DNA of 64,000 nt, from assembly GCA_030704615.1 (NCBI GenBank), contig CM060733.1:62620001-62684000 (forward strand). Direction: 5' to 3'. The DNA is from Takakia lepidozioides. Lineage: Eukaryota; Plantae; Bryophyta. The notes beneath the pieces were generated by a model. That model was given only the letters and a program-made list of their open reading frames with translations, made no database searches and was not told where the DNA came from. Position numbers and translations under genes: made by a program. Each line of letters opens with the position of its first letter. Position 1 is the stretch's first letter. Shown here one piece after another: positions 13,766-26,015 of the stretch.

Positions 13766-13871
13766 CTAGGCTCACGCCACGTCAGCTGCGTGAGCGTAGG
13801 CTCACGCCACGTCATTGTTGTGTGAGTGTAGGCTCACGCCACGTCATTGTTGTGTGAGTGTACGCTCACGC
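13766..13871. repeat. Family B subterminal repeats TAGGCTCACGCCACGTCA (3 full copies + 1 partial; one copy also at ~4778)
   Basis: Seen directly next to both element ends. Candidate transposase-binding sites. Confidence 0.75.
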
Positions 13872-13884
13872 GGTAGCGTCGTTG

Positions 13885-14495
13885 GCTGTAGTCCAGCCCA
13901 GCCAGCTCCGAGCGGTGTCCCTCCATGTGAAGCCCTCGTAGAATTTCAAGAATGGATCGAACTGCTGTGTTCGTGCTGGGAATATGACTCCCTCGCTGAT
14001 GTCCATCGAGGACTTGCCTGATCTCCAGGATGATCTCGGAACTTCCATGACCTCGTCGGAGTCGGACAGGTTGTGAACAACCCGGTTCTCGCTCGTCTTC
14101 ATTGATGGGTTCGGCTCTGGATTTACTTCGTTGCGGACTTCTCTCTTTGAGGTGCCCACTCTCTGATTCACGGATTGTTTCGTGGAAGGCGCCAGGATAG
14201 AAGGCGCATTTGGCGGGCAAATGAAGTCCCCAACAGCCCTGTATATGACGTTGTCCGATGGTGGAACTCGCCATTCCCTGCCGTCGCCGAAATCATCGTG
14301 GAGCACGACAATACTTTCAACTACAACTCCGTTTGAATCCTTCTTTTCCTCCTCCAAAAATACCGACCCCGGTTTCAGGTGGTATCGATCGCAGAGATAT
14401 TTCTCCATCACCCGGCAGATCTCCCCTCTGCACGGAAATGTAGCTCTATGCTCGTGAGGAGGGCAGTACACTATAGCGCTCGGGTTTTCTGCCAT
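13885..14495 (-). pseudogene. Family A transposase N-terminal part (copy A1)
   Basis: MAENPSAIVYCPPHEHRATFPCRGEIC...GHRSELAGLDYS is near-identical to 52580-53193 and stops at the TSD of element B. Confidence 0.93.
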
Positions 14496-14924
14496 GGGAG
14501 TTGTGCACACAAGACTGCCAGGACGGCGTTCAAACAAGCGCCCTGGGAGAAGGGGGGATGCAGGGAGGGGAAGGAATGCAGGGCCGATTTTTGCAAGCGA
14601 CGAAGCCTATTCACGAATCCGGGGAGCCCACTCTCCCGAAAATCCACTATCAGAGAGTTAATGAACCTTGTCTGCGGAATGCGGCCCCTGGCCTTTGCGC
14701 AATAATTGCCAACGGTATGTAGTCAGAAGGTATATGACCTGTGCAGATGCGCTGGGCAAACCAATCATTACAGCGTCTGACAAGAAGCGTGGGGGGGCGA
14801 GCGTGCAAGCACCTTCGCCATGGACAGAGGGAACTGACAGAGGTGGCATTCCAGTGGGTCTGATTACAAGATTGAGTGCCAGAACCTCGCTGCCAATCGT
14901 CAACATACAACTGCGGCGCCGAAT

Positions 14925-17230
14925 TTGCAGACGAGGCCAGTCGGACGAAGTCGTCTCGGGGGTGAGTTAGTCACCGGGCCGACAGAGAACATCCCCCGGA
15001 TGGAAAAACGGCGCCGAATTTCCATCCAAGGCCCGTTGGATGAAGTCATCTCGGGGGGAGAGGCCGACACCTGGTCGACAGAGAACATCCCCCGGATGGA
15101 AAAACTGCGCCGAATTTCCATCCGAGGCCCGTTGGATGAAGTCGTCTCGGGGGGAGAGGCCGACACCTGGCCGACAGAGAATATCCCCCGGATGGAAAAA
15201 CGGCGCCAAATTTCAATCCGAGGCCCGTTGGATGAAGTCGTCTCGGGGGGAGAGGCCGACACCTGCCCAACTGAGATCATCCCCCGGATGGAAATTCGGC
15301 GCCGTTTTTCCTTCCGAGCCGGCTGGACGAAGTCGTCTCGGGGGGAGAGGCCGACACCTGGCCGACAAAGAACATCCCCCGGATGGAAAAACGGCGCCGA
15401 ATTTCCATCCGAGCCCCGTTGGATGAAGTCGTCTCGGGGGGAGAGGCCGACAGAGAACAACCCCCGGATGGAAAAACGGCGCCGAATTTCCATCCAAGGC
15501 CCGTTGGATGAAGTTGTCCCGGGGAGAGAGACCGACACCTGGCTGACAGAGAACATCCCCCGGATGGAACTTCGGCGCCGAATTTCCATCCGAGGCCTCT
15601 TGGATAAAGTCGTCTCGGGGGGTAGGCCGACACCTGGCCGACTGAGATCATCCCCCGGATGGAAATTTGGTGCCGTTTTTCCATCCGAGCCGGCCGGATG
15701 AAGTCGTCTCGGGGGGAGAGGCCGACACCTGGCCGACAGAGAATATCCCCTGGATGGAAAAACGACGCCGAATTTCCATCCGAGGTCCGTTGGATGAAGT
15801 CGTCTCGGGGGGAGAGGCCGACACATGGCCGACAGAGAACAACCCCCGGATGGAAAAACGGCGCCGAATTTCCATCCAAGGCCCATTGGATGAGGTCGTC
15901 TCGGGGGGAGAGACCGACACCTGGCTGACAGAGAACATCCCCCGGATGGAAATTCGGCGCCGAATTTCCATCCGAGGCCCCTTGGATGAAGTCATCTCGG
16001 GGGGATAGGCCGACACTTGGCCGACTGAGATCATCCCCCGGATGGAAATTCGGCGCCGAATTTCCATCCGAGGTCCGTTGGATGAAGTCGTCTCGGGGGG
16101 AGAGGCCGACACCTGGCCGACAGAGAATATCCCCCGGATGGAAAAACGGCGCCGAATTTCCATCCGAGGTCCGTTGGATGAAGTCGTCTCAGGGGGAGAG
16201 GCCGACACATGGCCGACAGAGAACAACCCCCGGATGGAAAAACGGCGCCGAATTTCCATCCAAGGCCCATTGGATGAAGTCGTCTCAGGGGGAGAGACCG
16301 ACACCTGGCTGACAGAGAACATCCCCCGGATGGAAATTCGGCGCTGAATTTCCATCCGAGGCCCCTTGGATGAAGTCATCTCGGGGGGATAGGCCGACAC
16401 TTGGCCGACTGAGATCATCCCCCGGATGGAAATTCGGCGCCGTTTTTCATCCGAGCCGGCCGGATGAAGTCGTCTCGGGGGGAGAGGCCGACACCTGGCC
16501 GACAGAGAATATCCCCCGGATGGAAAAACGGCGCCGAATTTCCATCCGAGGTCCGTTGGATGAAGTCGTCTCAGGGGGAGAGGCCGACACATGGCCGACA
16601 GAGAACAACCCCCGGATGGAAAAACGGCGCCGAATTTCCATTCGAGGCCCGTTGGATGAAGTCGTCTCGGGGGGAGAGACCGACACCTAGCTGACAGAGA
16701 ACATCCCCCGGATGGAAATTCAGCGCCGAATTTCCATCCGAGGCCCCTTGGATGAAGTCGTCTCGGGGGGATAGGCCGACACTTGGCCGACCGAGATCAT
16801 CCCCCGGATGGAAATTCGGCGCCGTTTTTCCATCCGAGCCGGCCGGATGAAGTCGTCTCGGGGGGAGAGGCCGACACCTGGCCGACAGAGAACATCCCCC
16901 GGATGGAAATTCGGCGCCGAATTTCCATCCGAGGCCCGTTGGATGAAGTCGTCTCGGGGGGAGAGGCCGACACATGGCCGACAGAGAACATCCCCCGGAT
17001 GGAAAAACGGCGCCGAATTTCCATCCGAGGCCCGTTGGATGAAGTCGTCTCGGGGGGAGAGGCCGACACATGGCCGACAGAGAACATCCCACGGATGGAA
17101 AAACGGCGCTGAATTTCCATCCGAGGCCCGTTGGATGAAGTCGTCTCGGGGGAAGAGGCCGACACGTGGCCGACAGAGAACATCCCCCGGATGGAAATTC
17201 GGCGTCGAATTTCCATCCGAGGCCCATTGA
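14925..17230. repeat. Tandem array, 96-bp unit x ~24, with 4-unit (~384 bp) higher-order structure
   Basis: GATGAAGTCRTCTCGGGGG recurs every 96 bp (15039, 15135...). The GACTGAGATCATCC variant recurs at ~15640, 16023, 16407, 16790. Each unit holds the palindrome GGATGGAAATTCGGCGCCGAATTTCCATCC or a variant. Confidence 0.97.
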
Positions 17231-17417
17231 ATGCAGCCCGTATCGGCACTTCTTCAACAATTTTTAGTCGTTGCATCAAGTTTTTCGCGTTTTTTTGTTT
17301 GGTTACACACTAAACTTGGCGTTTTTTTGCCTACAGGCCACATTTGGCACGTTATTCCCACCATTCTGGTCCGCTAAAGACAAATTCGTTGCCGGTTTTC
17401 CATCGATGAGGTGGACC

Positions 17418-17830
17418 GAATTACCTGCAGGATGGAAATTCGGCGCTGGTTTCCCATCCGGCTTCTCTCCGTGTTACCTGTGGGATGGAAATTCGGAGCT
17501 GAATTTCCATCCGGCCGCGCTCCGGATTACCTCCAGGATGGAAATTCGGCGCCGTTTTTCCATCCAGCCGCACTCCGAATTACCTGGCGGATGGAAATTC
17601 GGCGCCGGATATCCATCCGGCCGCGCTCCGAATTACCTCTGGGATGGAAATTCGACGCCGAATTTCCATCCGGCCGCACTCCGAATTACCTGCAGGATGG
17701 AAATGCGGCGCCGGATTTCCATCCGGCGTCTCCTGGATGAGAACGGCTCGGGCGGAGGGATGGCCTCGTTGCGTCATACTTCATCCGCTGGATGGAAATT
17801 CGGCGCCGAATTTTTCCATCCAGCGGGCGA
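17418..17830. repeat. Short tandem repeats (~53 bp) GAATTACC...GGATGGAAATTCGGCGCCG upstream of the ParB-MTase gene
   Basis: About 7 units carrying the family A palindrome; related to 39840-40290 and 51300-51640. Confidence 0.85.
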
Positions 17831-18354
17831 TTGACGAAGTCTCGGGGGGGGTGGGCGCCTGTGACCGACCTCCATACCTACGACATTTAATGGCGTAGTT
17901 GCGCATTAAATGTCCTCCACCGTCGGTTTTGAACTGGGCTGGCGACACAGGGATTCCGCGCTTGCTTCCCGGATACGCCTTGGAAACCTGATGCTAAACT
18001 TGGATGAAATTCTATTCGAGGCATGTACGCACACATACTGCGAGATCTTTTTTCTTTTGCTGGGACTTATGCCGCGTGGAGAAGGGTGTGGCTCTCCTGA
18101 GAGAAACCCCACATCCAGACCGCGGCGGAAGCTGAAGGCTTTGTACTACAGGCGATGTCCAACCTCTCGCATGGCCAAACTTAAGCTCCAACAGGAAATT
18201 CCATTGTCTTGCTCATAGCCCGCGCCAACTGAAGCCGAGCACTCTCAGGTTCCGCCCCTTCCTCTTTCGGTTTTCTTCGTTTTTTTAGTTTGTTTTCACA
18301 TCTTCCGCCTGGCAGCCCTGGAAGCGCATGGTTGCATCGCAAAAGCACGAGTTG

Positions 18355-18518
18355 TTGAGAAGAATGATCAAGGTCAGAGTGGTTAGAAAAGAGCCAGGTC
18401 GTTGCTGCATTCAGATTGCTTGCCAGAACAAGGTGCACACCTCGCTGTAGATAACAAGTTGCAATGCGGAATTAAGGAAATCCATGCTGAGCTGAGAAGA
18501 TTGTCTGAGCAGATGAAG
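18355..18518 (+). other. Captured PPR E2/DYW-start fragment in intron 1 of copy A1
   Basis: AAGGTCAGAGTGGTTAGAAAAGAGCCAGGTCGTTGCTGCATT...ATTAAGGAAATCCATGCTGAGCTGAGAAGATTGTCTGAGCAGATGAAG resembles 31892-32035. Absent from the same intron of copy A2. Confidence 0.88.
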
Positions 18519-21500
18519 TGCCTTCAAAATATTTCACCCTGTTTTCCCGTCTTATGGAATTCGTGTTCATTTGTTCATCGTGTTTCATGTTGATTTTTGC
18601 AAGTTACTGGTTGAGTGAACCTTAGATAGTTTGCAATGCGTGTGCAAAGCCGGCAGCTCTGGAGAAGGCTGCTTGTGCATGTCATTCTTAGGCATTGGTT
18701 GGATTTGTTTTTCATTGTTGTTCCATGCCACTCCATACTTGGTTTTGTTTTGTTTTCATTGTTGTTCCACGATTGTTGCGATGGTGGTTGCGCTGCTCGT
18801 TGCGATGGTGGTTTTCATTCCGATGTTGGTTCTCACGATTTTTGGGGATGACAGAGTGACGATGAGCCCGACACGCTGGTGGTATCATCGACAGCTCCAA
18901 CTGCTCGAGCAGTGACTCCAAAAGCCGCTACTCATCGCATGTTTGGATCGCCCAACTTGGGGCGGGAGGGCAAACTAAAACCTTTTGTTGGTGGACGGGA
19001 GGACCTGCAGCGAGAGTACGACAGAATAGGCATTGGGGAGGTTGGTGCAGGCGGCATGGCAGGTGAAGGGCGTCGGATGAGGATAGCAGATCCAGCAATG
19101 GAGGATGTTGATGCACATGCAGTAGGGCCCGCCCACGCAGAGAAGAAGAAAAAAGCCAAGCACATGCAATCCCCAGCGAGAGAGCCGCCATGGGCTGCGG
19201 AGGGGGGAGTGAGCAGGGCGCGCGAGGGTGTCAGTTCGCCTCAATCAAAGGTGGTTGTCCTGGAGGCCTCCCCTGCTGCTACCACTAGTAAGAAACAGAA
19301 GGCCCGTGAGAGGGCAAAAGAGAGGGCAAAAGAACAGGTGAGACAGAATGCTAGCCATGAGGCAAGAGAAAAGGCCACTGAAGAGGCCAGGGGTGTCGAA
19401 ATGATAGATGCCCATGTAAGCGAGGGACGCACAGAGACGGTGGATCCCTCCAAGACACCACAAAGAGGCAATAACACACTGGTTACACCATCGCGGGCAG
19501 GAGCAGCCCTCGCAATTACCCATACGGTGGAGACTGGATGAGGTGAAAGAACACCACAAAGAGAGGGAGCTTTCTAATCAGGATGACATCCTCCCGGACA
19601 TCCCCAGGCCCCAAACCCGCAGCATACAGGCTGGATTTGGCAGTCCGGGTGGGCTGACGGAGAAATCCCCTGCAACAGACGTCATGTCGGAGGCGGATAT
19701 GAAGTTGGCCGCTGCCAAGATGTTGGAGGCAACCCACAACAACATTGGCAGGGTCCTGGGGGGCATGGTGTACCCGCCAAGCTTCGGATTCCCCTTTGCC
19801 GCTTGGTTTCATTGCAGGTGGTGAGACCTGCCCTCCCAGGCGATATCGACAAGCTGAAATTCTCTTTCCGGGAGGGATATCGAATGGGGTCTGCCGCGTT
19901 TACGTTTCCATGGAGAACGACCACGGAGCTTCTCGTGCCCACACTTCCGATGAGGTGGACAAATGGGGTCCCCATTGGCAAAGGCGAAATGAGGAGTTCG
20001 AGAGATTGATTGCTACTGATCCTCTTTTCCAGCACTTGTCCAGAAAGATGTTTTACGTGTGGGACGGCAATCATCGCCTCCTGGCATGGATAGAGAACAT
20101 AGCCCAAGCCCACCCCAATGACCTGGATTGGCATTTTGCCGTGGAGTGTGTGTGCTCAAGGTTGCGGGGGCCCAAAGATCGCAGTCTTCTCAAAGCGGCA
20201 ATGGCAGACATCAACTCGTAAGTTACAATGCTCTTCTTGCTTTGGAACTTTGAATTTGAAACAGTCATTTCATTGCCAATCGTCATATTTGTTGCAAATT
20301 ATCATTTCTGTATTGTTTAATGGAAATGTGGCATTGCAGGGTGACTGAGAATGCCTTCATTGCCACCAACTTGTCCCATATGCTCTTCCGAGTGAAGGAT
20401 GTCGAGAAGCAGGGGGTGCAAGAGTTTGCCAATTCGCTCAGTGTCGACTCCTGCGCAAGTCGGAGGCAAGGCAGACAAACCTGGTATAGGCTGAGCATGG
20501 ATGCCATGGTGGACTACATATTTCGGGTAAAGCCCTCACTGTTTTGTTGAGCTAATTTGTCTCTCCTCCCCAATAGAAGAAAAGTGTTGAGCAAATCTCT
20601 AATCTTATGTGCGCATTCTTGACAGACGAAAATTCAGCAGGATTTGGCACATGCGCGGAGGTTCTACATGGAGTCAGAGGAGAAGAAACTAACCCTCCCG
20701 GCACTGGAATCGTATCTCAAAGTTGCGGAGGCGAAGGCCTGCATCAAGTACAAGTCGCGGATGGTAAAGTACGTGGCCATAGCTGATCCGCCCTTGGTGC
20801 CGATTTTCTAGTGGAGGTGGGGAAGCACTACTCTGCGCTCTGAAGGCCCCGATGACATTGGAGAAGCTGCATCGTCTAGCCACATCCTGTGTGGATGCAA
20901 CATAAAAGGTTATACATTCTTAACCAAATTGTAGTGGCAAGCAATTCGTTTTGTGGTGTTTGGCGCTTACTAATATGCTGGGTGGTTGGACAGACCCGGT
21001 GGCTCCAAATCTGGAATGGTTCCCAAAGTACAAGGGACATGTGGAGCTTCCCCAAACCCGACAAACTGTCCGACCCCACATTCGACATGTGGATGAACCG
21101 CATGACATGGTGGTTTCAGGTACTTTCCCAAGCTTCATTTGGGGGGCGTCTACTCTTGTATCGGATGGATTTATTGGATTTTTTGAAGAAAGCGTCTGAT
21201 GGAGAATCTCCACAGGTGACGACGAATGCGCAAGAGCAGCTTGACACACAAGCACATCAGTTCAAACTAGAGATTTCTGGTGAAGCAGAGAGCCTACGCG
21301 ACTATGTGACGAGGTACTTTCTGCTCTACAAAACCGACCTATTCTTTCGAGAGATACCCCATGCCCGCCGGAGCCACGAGTTTCAACGACCAGCCGAACG
21401 CGGACAAAGCGGCAATGCGCCTTCTGTACAGGTAAACACGCTGTGCCTTTCTTTTAGTCCAAACATTTCGAAGGATGTAAGAGGCCTTATGTGGCGCATA

Positions 21501-21519
21501 TGAAAATTAGTTGTGGTCC

Positions 21520-22335
21520 TTGGAAAAATGGCGCCGAAATTGGGCCCTGGGGGATGGCTATCCAGGGGGTGGCTGGCACGCAGTCTGGAAAATTGGCGCC
21601 ATTTTTCCAGTTGTAGGCCCAGTTAGATCTGGGACCTAGCCATTCTCGGCCCCAACCTGGGAAAATGGCGCCGGAATTCTAGTTCAGGGGCCCGAAAATG
21701 GCTAAGTCCCTGGGGTGGCTGGCACCGAACTGCAAATTCGGCGCCATGTTTTCAGTTCTGGGCCCAGTCAGTTCTGGGACTTAGGCCATTTTCGGCCCCA
21801 ACCTGGGAAAATGGCGCCGAATTTCCAGTTCAGGGCCCCAAAAATGGCTAAGTCCCTGGGGGGCTGGCACCGAAAACTGGAAATTCGGCGCCATTTTTCC
21901 AGTTCTGGGACTTAGCCATTTTAGGGCCCAACCAGGGAAAATGGCACCGAATTTCCAGTGCACGGCCCCAAAAATGGCTAAGTCCCTTTAGAGGCAGGCA
22001 CCTCAACTGGAAATTCGGCGCCATTTTTCCAGTTCCGGGCCCAGTGTGAGTTCTGGGACTTAGCCATTTTCGGCCCCAACCTAGGAAAATGGCGTGGTTT
22101 TTCCAGTGCAGGGCCCGAAAAGGCTAAGTCCCTAGTGTGGCAGGCACCAAACCCCGGAAATTCGGCGCCATTTTTCCAGTTCCGGGCCCAGTCAGTTCTG
22201 GGACTTAGCCATTTTCGGCACCAATGGGGAAAATGGCGCCGAATTTCCAGTTAGGCCCTGAAAATGGCCAAGTCCCTGGGGTGGCTGGCATCGAAACTGG
22301 AAATTCGGCGCCATTTTTCCAGTTCCGGGCCTAGT
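21520..22335. repeat. Intronic tandem array (~130-148-bp unit, ~5-6 copies, two GGCGCC palindromes per unit)
   Basis: Lies in intron 21432-22397. CCCAACCTGGGAAAATGGCGCCG or variants recur at ~21651, 21797, 21927, 22075. Confidence 0.88.
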
Positions 22336-23188
22336 CATTTTCATTCCCTAAAAGTTACCTCGTTACCGGGACCTCATTCTGTGTTTCTTGAATGCAGGTA
22401 CTGCAAAGTTCTCCCTTTGGGAGAAGGACATCTGTCCGTCGAAAGCCGCCATCTTCCTCGCATGGAGGAACCCTGGGGCTGACTCCATGTACACTAAAGT
22501 TATCGTGAAGGAGTCATTTGCGCGACCGCCCTTGGTATGTGGACCTTCCACCCGGCTCGCTCGACCCATCCGAGTTTCAATTGAAGCTGGATGGATGCTG
22601 AGGCTCGACGAAACCGGGCTCCTCTACCTCCGCTGGGTCCAAAGGAGGCGAGAGCGCTTGCCCAGTCCAGAAAAAGCGGCAGAGCTTGCTCAGGCAGGTA
22701 TTCAAGAGAAATTGAATGAGAAGAATAAAGAACAAAAAAAAATGACACGGAAACAGGGGAGTACAGTAACCCCCAAAAAATAGAAAACCACCGGGGCACC
22801 AGAGGAGGCGCAGGAGGGGCCCCAAGGGAGTGACTCCAATGACAACTTTGTGCAAGGTCCTGCGACTGCTGCTGTTGGTACCAAGTCACCGGTCATCCGG
22901 GTTCCCAAGTCAGTTCGGACTGGGACTGGCTCTGCCAAGAAGTTGGCATTTTAGGGCGAGCCTACAAGGCGGTATTCGGCGGTGATATTTCCGAAGAGGC
23001 CAAAGCTAGAACCCCCAACCATCATCCAATGTGTCAATGAGAGCTTCCTTGACGCTTTGGTTGCCAGGGCGAAGAAGGTGGCACACAGCAAGTCTGTGGA
23101 GGAGCAGAAGGGGAAAGCCAAGAAGAGGGCTCCCAGTATAGAGCCTAAAGACACCCCTGGTTTTGAATCCATGATGGAATTCTTCACG

Positions 23189-23227
<39 letters not shown>

Positions 23228-25108
23228 GAGGTGGAGAGAGTCTGCGATATGATTCTCCTCGATATTCCAGAGATGGGGAGCTGCTGGAGGGCCTGGATGG
23301 TGTTGCCCACCTGTAACAGGTTTACTGAGGACTATGGAGAGCCGGGTTTGGGCTGGCGGGGATGCTCCTGGATGACGGTGGTTGGTGTATGGTGGTCCTT
23401 GCCGCAAGAGGGAAGACCAACAGACAATGATGTGCAAGGTGGACACCGAAAGTGTCACCCCAGTCCTCCTCAAAAAATGGTTCTGCATCAATACGCAGGG
23501 GTTGTGAACAGAGGGCCAGAGTGTAAGTTATCAATCTATTGCATTCCTTTCATATTGTGGTGTATCTGAACTAGACCCTGGAGTTGATCCCTCTTTTGTT
23601 GGATGTGCAGACATTGGTGTTTGAGGCATATTGTTTTGTGAAGAGAGGGTTACGTTCAAATTCCGCAACGACGGTCGTCTTGTTGATGCCGCTGTGGACC
23701 CTGTTACCTACGATGTCCTCTACAATTATGTGCCCCACTCCAGTATGTCGAGGGACACAAAGACAGGCAAATTGTGGCGGTACAGCCGGACCCGGAGCCC
23801 TGCTTTCATCCCAAACCCTCATGGAGACGTGCTCGGATGTCCAAGGGGGATTCTTGACCTCACATGCGGCACGGGTAAGCCTTCACGTGCACATTTTGTC
23901 CCCTGGCCCGATTGCAATTGCATGTCGCATGCTACTAACCGCCCGCTTTGTCCCTCAAGTGCTTCAATGTGGGCAAGGACGTTGTCCGACAGGCATGTCT
24001 TCGCCTTCGAGCCAGATACTGCCTTCACAAACTCCGAACTTGCAGCGGCTTGAACGTCTGCCAAAAGAGGAAGAGGCATCCTCGGAGGATGAGGAAGAAT
24101 CCGACAAGGAACAGGGGGAGGTACAAGTTGGGATCGAGGCCGAGGAGCCCCCGGTTTACGAGTGAGTGGTCGCATTGTAAGTTGCCTCCTGATTTCGTGA
24201 GGCACCTCCCTTTGCTCTCTTATTTCATTGAAAAGACCCTTTTTTTTGCTTCTGCTAGTATTGACATTCTTAAAGTGGATTTGTTCTTACTGCAAGATGC
24301 CAAGTTCTGCAGGAGGGACGTCTACACCGCAGTTCATGGGCAGGAGGAACGTGCCTTTTTTTGCCAGGGGGGATGTCATGCCTAGTCTAGAAATGGACTA
24401 ATCCTCCTACTTATGCTGCTCGGCTTGCTTCGGTGTCCATTAGGAGGTCTTCCGAACCTAGTCGTGGTATAGCAGATTTTAGACGAGGCAAGCCTCAAGA
24501 AAATGAAGATGAGGGAGGAGGCAGCAGCTATTAGAACCCGTCAGGCTCATAGATTTGTCTTGGATTCTGCTGAGGAAAGTGGGGAGGGAAGAAGAGGCAG
24601 AAGATTCCCAGGAGGAGGTGAGGTGGACAGTCCACCAAGGAGAGGACGGAATTTTTGAGAGGCATAGTGGAACTGATGCATCACAAAGCTCGGAGGATGG
24701 GGAGGATGAGGGGGATGAGGAGGAAGGCGGGGCAAGTTCTCGGAAGGGGTGTAGGAGAGTAGTGCCCATTCCGGCTATGACAGTTACGACACGCTTGTAT
24801 AGATGTGGCTTGCCAAAAAATTTGCAATAAAATGTTGCATTTCATGCTATGACGAGTCCACTGGTGCCCAAATTCAACTTGATATGACCCTATTTGTGTG
24901 CCTCCTAACCCTATTTCGTGGACACACAATGGTCCGCTCATGCTTTTTTTTTTCCCGCTCATGCTCATGCCGCTCATGAAATAGCAACCCCCAAAATTAG
25001 GACATGGGTTCTTCTCAACTTTTTCTCGCAGGTTCCATCTTCGGCAAACAAAGGTGGCGCATTTATTTGAAGGCAATCTTGGGCCACAGAAGGTGGCATA
25101 AGTTCTAC

Positions 25109-26015
25109 TGTGATAAAGAAGTTTACCTTCCTCTACATTTGGTTTTGTGGCATATTGAAGTGCTCTCTTTGTCAGAACAGAACACTCTCATCGTCTTGTC
25201 ATCCAGTATCTCCTATTAGGTTTCCCTTATTTGCTAGTGGACAATTGTTATCCTGCAAGTTGTTACCTTGTTGGTCGCATTACTCATTAGTCAGTGCCTC
25301 CACTCTCCTCTTATGAGTACTTATCAGGTGATCACCAAGTAGTGGTGTAGTAGTATATATGGAGCCCTCTGGCTCAGTTCATTTTATCAATATAGTTTGA
25401 TCACTTCAACATGGTATCAGAGCGCCTAGCAATATACGGTTAGCTGCTGAGGTCCTTGGTTGTTAAGTCATGTGTCTAGGAAGGGACCCACCTGACTTAA
25501 GGAATCGAGGGTAGCAGATGGTGCAGAAGGTCTATTTGTGCTACTCCTTATTGTGCGTGCTATATGGTTAGTAGTTGAAAAAATGAGAAGATCAGTTTTT
25601 TTCTGGTTTATTCAAAACCTCGTCTTGTTGTTTCTTGTCTTATTCTACTGTATCTTCTCTCATCTCCTCTCCTCTTTTCTCCTCTGATCTATCTTTTGTT
25701 GAAAAAAAAACTATCATCATGTCTGGGACTGCGCAACTGCTCACTGACGCCCACAAGCTCGAGGGTACCTCGAATTACACAATGTGGAATTGTTCAGGAT
25801 CCAGATCATCCTAGAGAGTGAAGATCTATGGAATCTCATCTTTCTTGATTTAGATGACGAATCCGTCGATGATGGATACGCTGGCCGTGACTCTTATCCA
25901 ACAATTCACAAGAAGAAATGTAAAAAGACCTTTGGTGTTCTGAAGCTTTCAGTTAATGACTCCATTGTTCCCTTTATCATGAATTGTGCAGGTCCCAAAG
26001 AAATATGGATCACTC
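25109..26015 (+). mobile_element. Ty1/copia 5' fragment: LTR, PBS and start of gag
   Basis: LTR ends ...TTCAACA at 25411, followed by PBS TGGTATCAGAGC (25412-25423, complementary to tRNA-iMet 3' end). Gag begins at 25719: MSGTAQLLTDAHKLEGTSNYTMW...ILESEDLWNLI...LSVNDSI...KEIW. LTR start is approximate. Confidence 0.82.

Larger units (their letters stand above)
4722..13884. mobile_element. MULE family B, complete non-autonomous copy (9.16 kb) nested in the A1 transposase
   Basis: Flanked by a 9-bp TSD: GCTGTAGTT (4713-4721) and GCTGTAGTC (13885-13893); the host transposase reads through across it. Short degenerate TIRs: GGGGAATGCTTGCGCGTGAGC vs rc CAACGACGCTACCGCGTGAGC. Confidence 0.92.
18069..24762 (+). 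pseudogene. ParB-MTase fusion gene, family A copy A1 (many indels)
   Basis: Collinear with 40525-47161. Contains VWDGNHRLLAW (~20057-20090), DMILLDIP (~23246-23270) and DLTCGTG (~23856-23876). Confidence 0.88.
4501..24992. mobile_element. MULE family A, copy A1 (left end missing; interrupted by the family B element)
   Basis: Right terminus ...GCTCATGAAATAGCAACCCCC at 24992 matches the termini at 47382, 49188 and 56997. Contains split transposase pieces (minus), repeat arrays and the ParB-MTase gene (plus), collinear with copy A2. Confidence 0.88.

Noticed and set aside
14925-17230. CRISPR-like array of palindromic repeats
   Set aside because: The sequences between palindromes are themselves repeated, not unique spacers. 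There are no cas genes, and the context is eukaryotic.
14900-17280. Long ORFs on both strands (MEIRRRISIRG... repeats), also at 39865-40440 and 51273-52429
   Set aside because: They are by-products of a 96-bp (multiple of 3), GC-rich, palindromic unit that is open in several frames; there is no evidence of coding.
23190-23225. G36 run encoding poly-glycine
   Set aside because: It replaces ordinary coding sequence of similar length seen in copy A2 (45604-45642). This is likely slippage or a sequencing/consensus artefact in a pseudogene.
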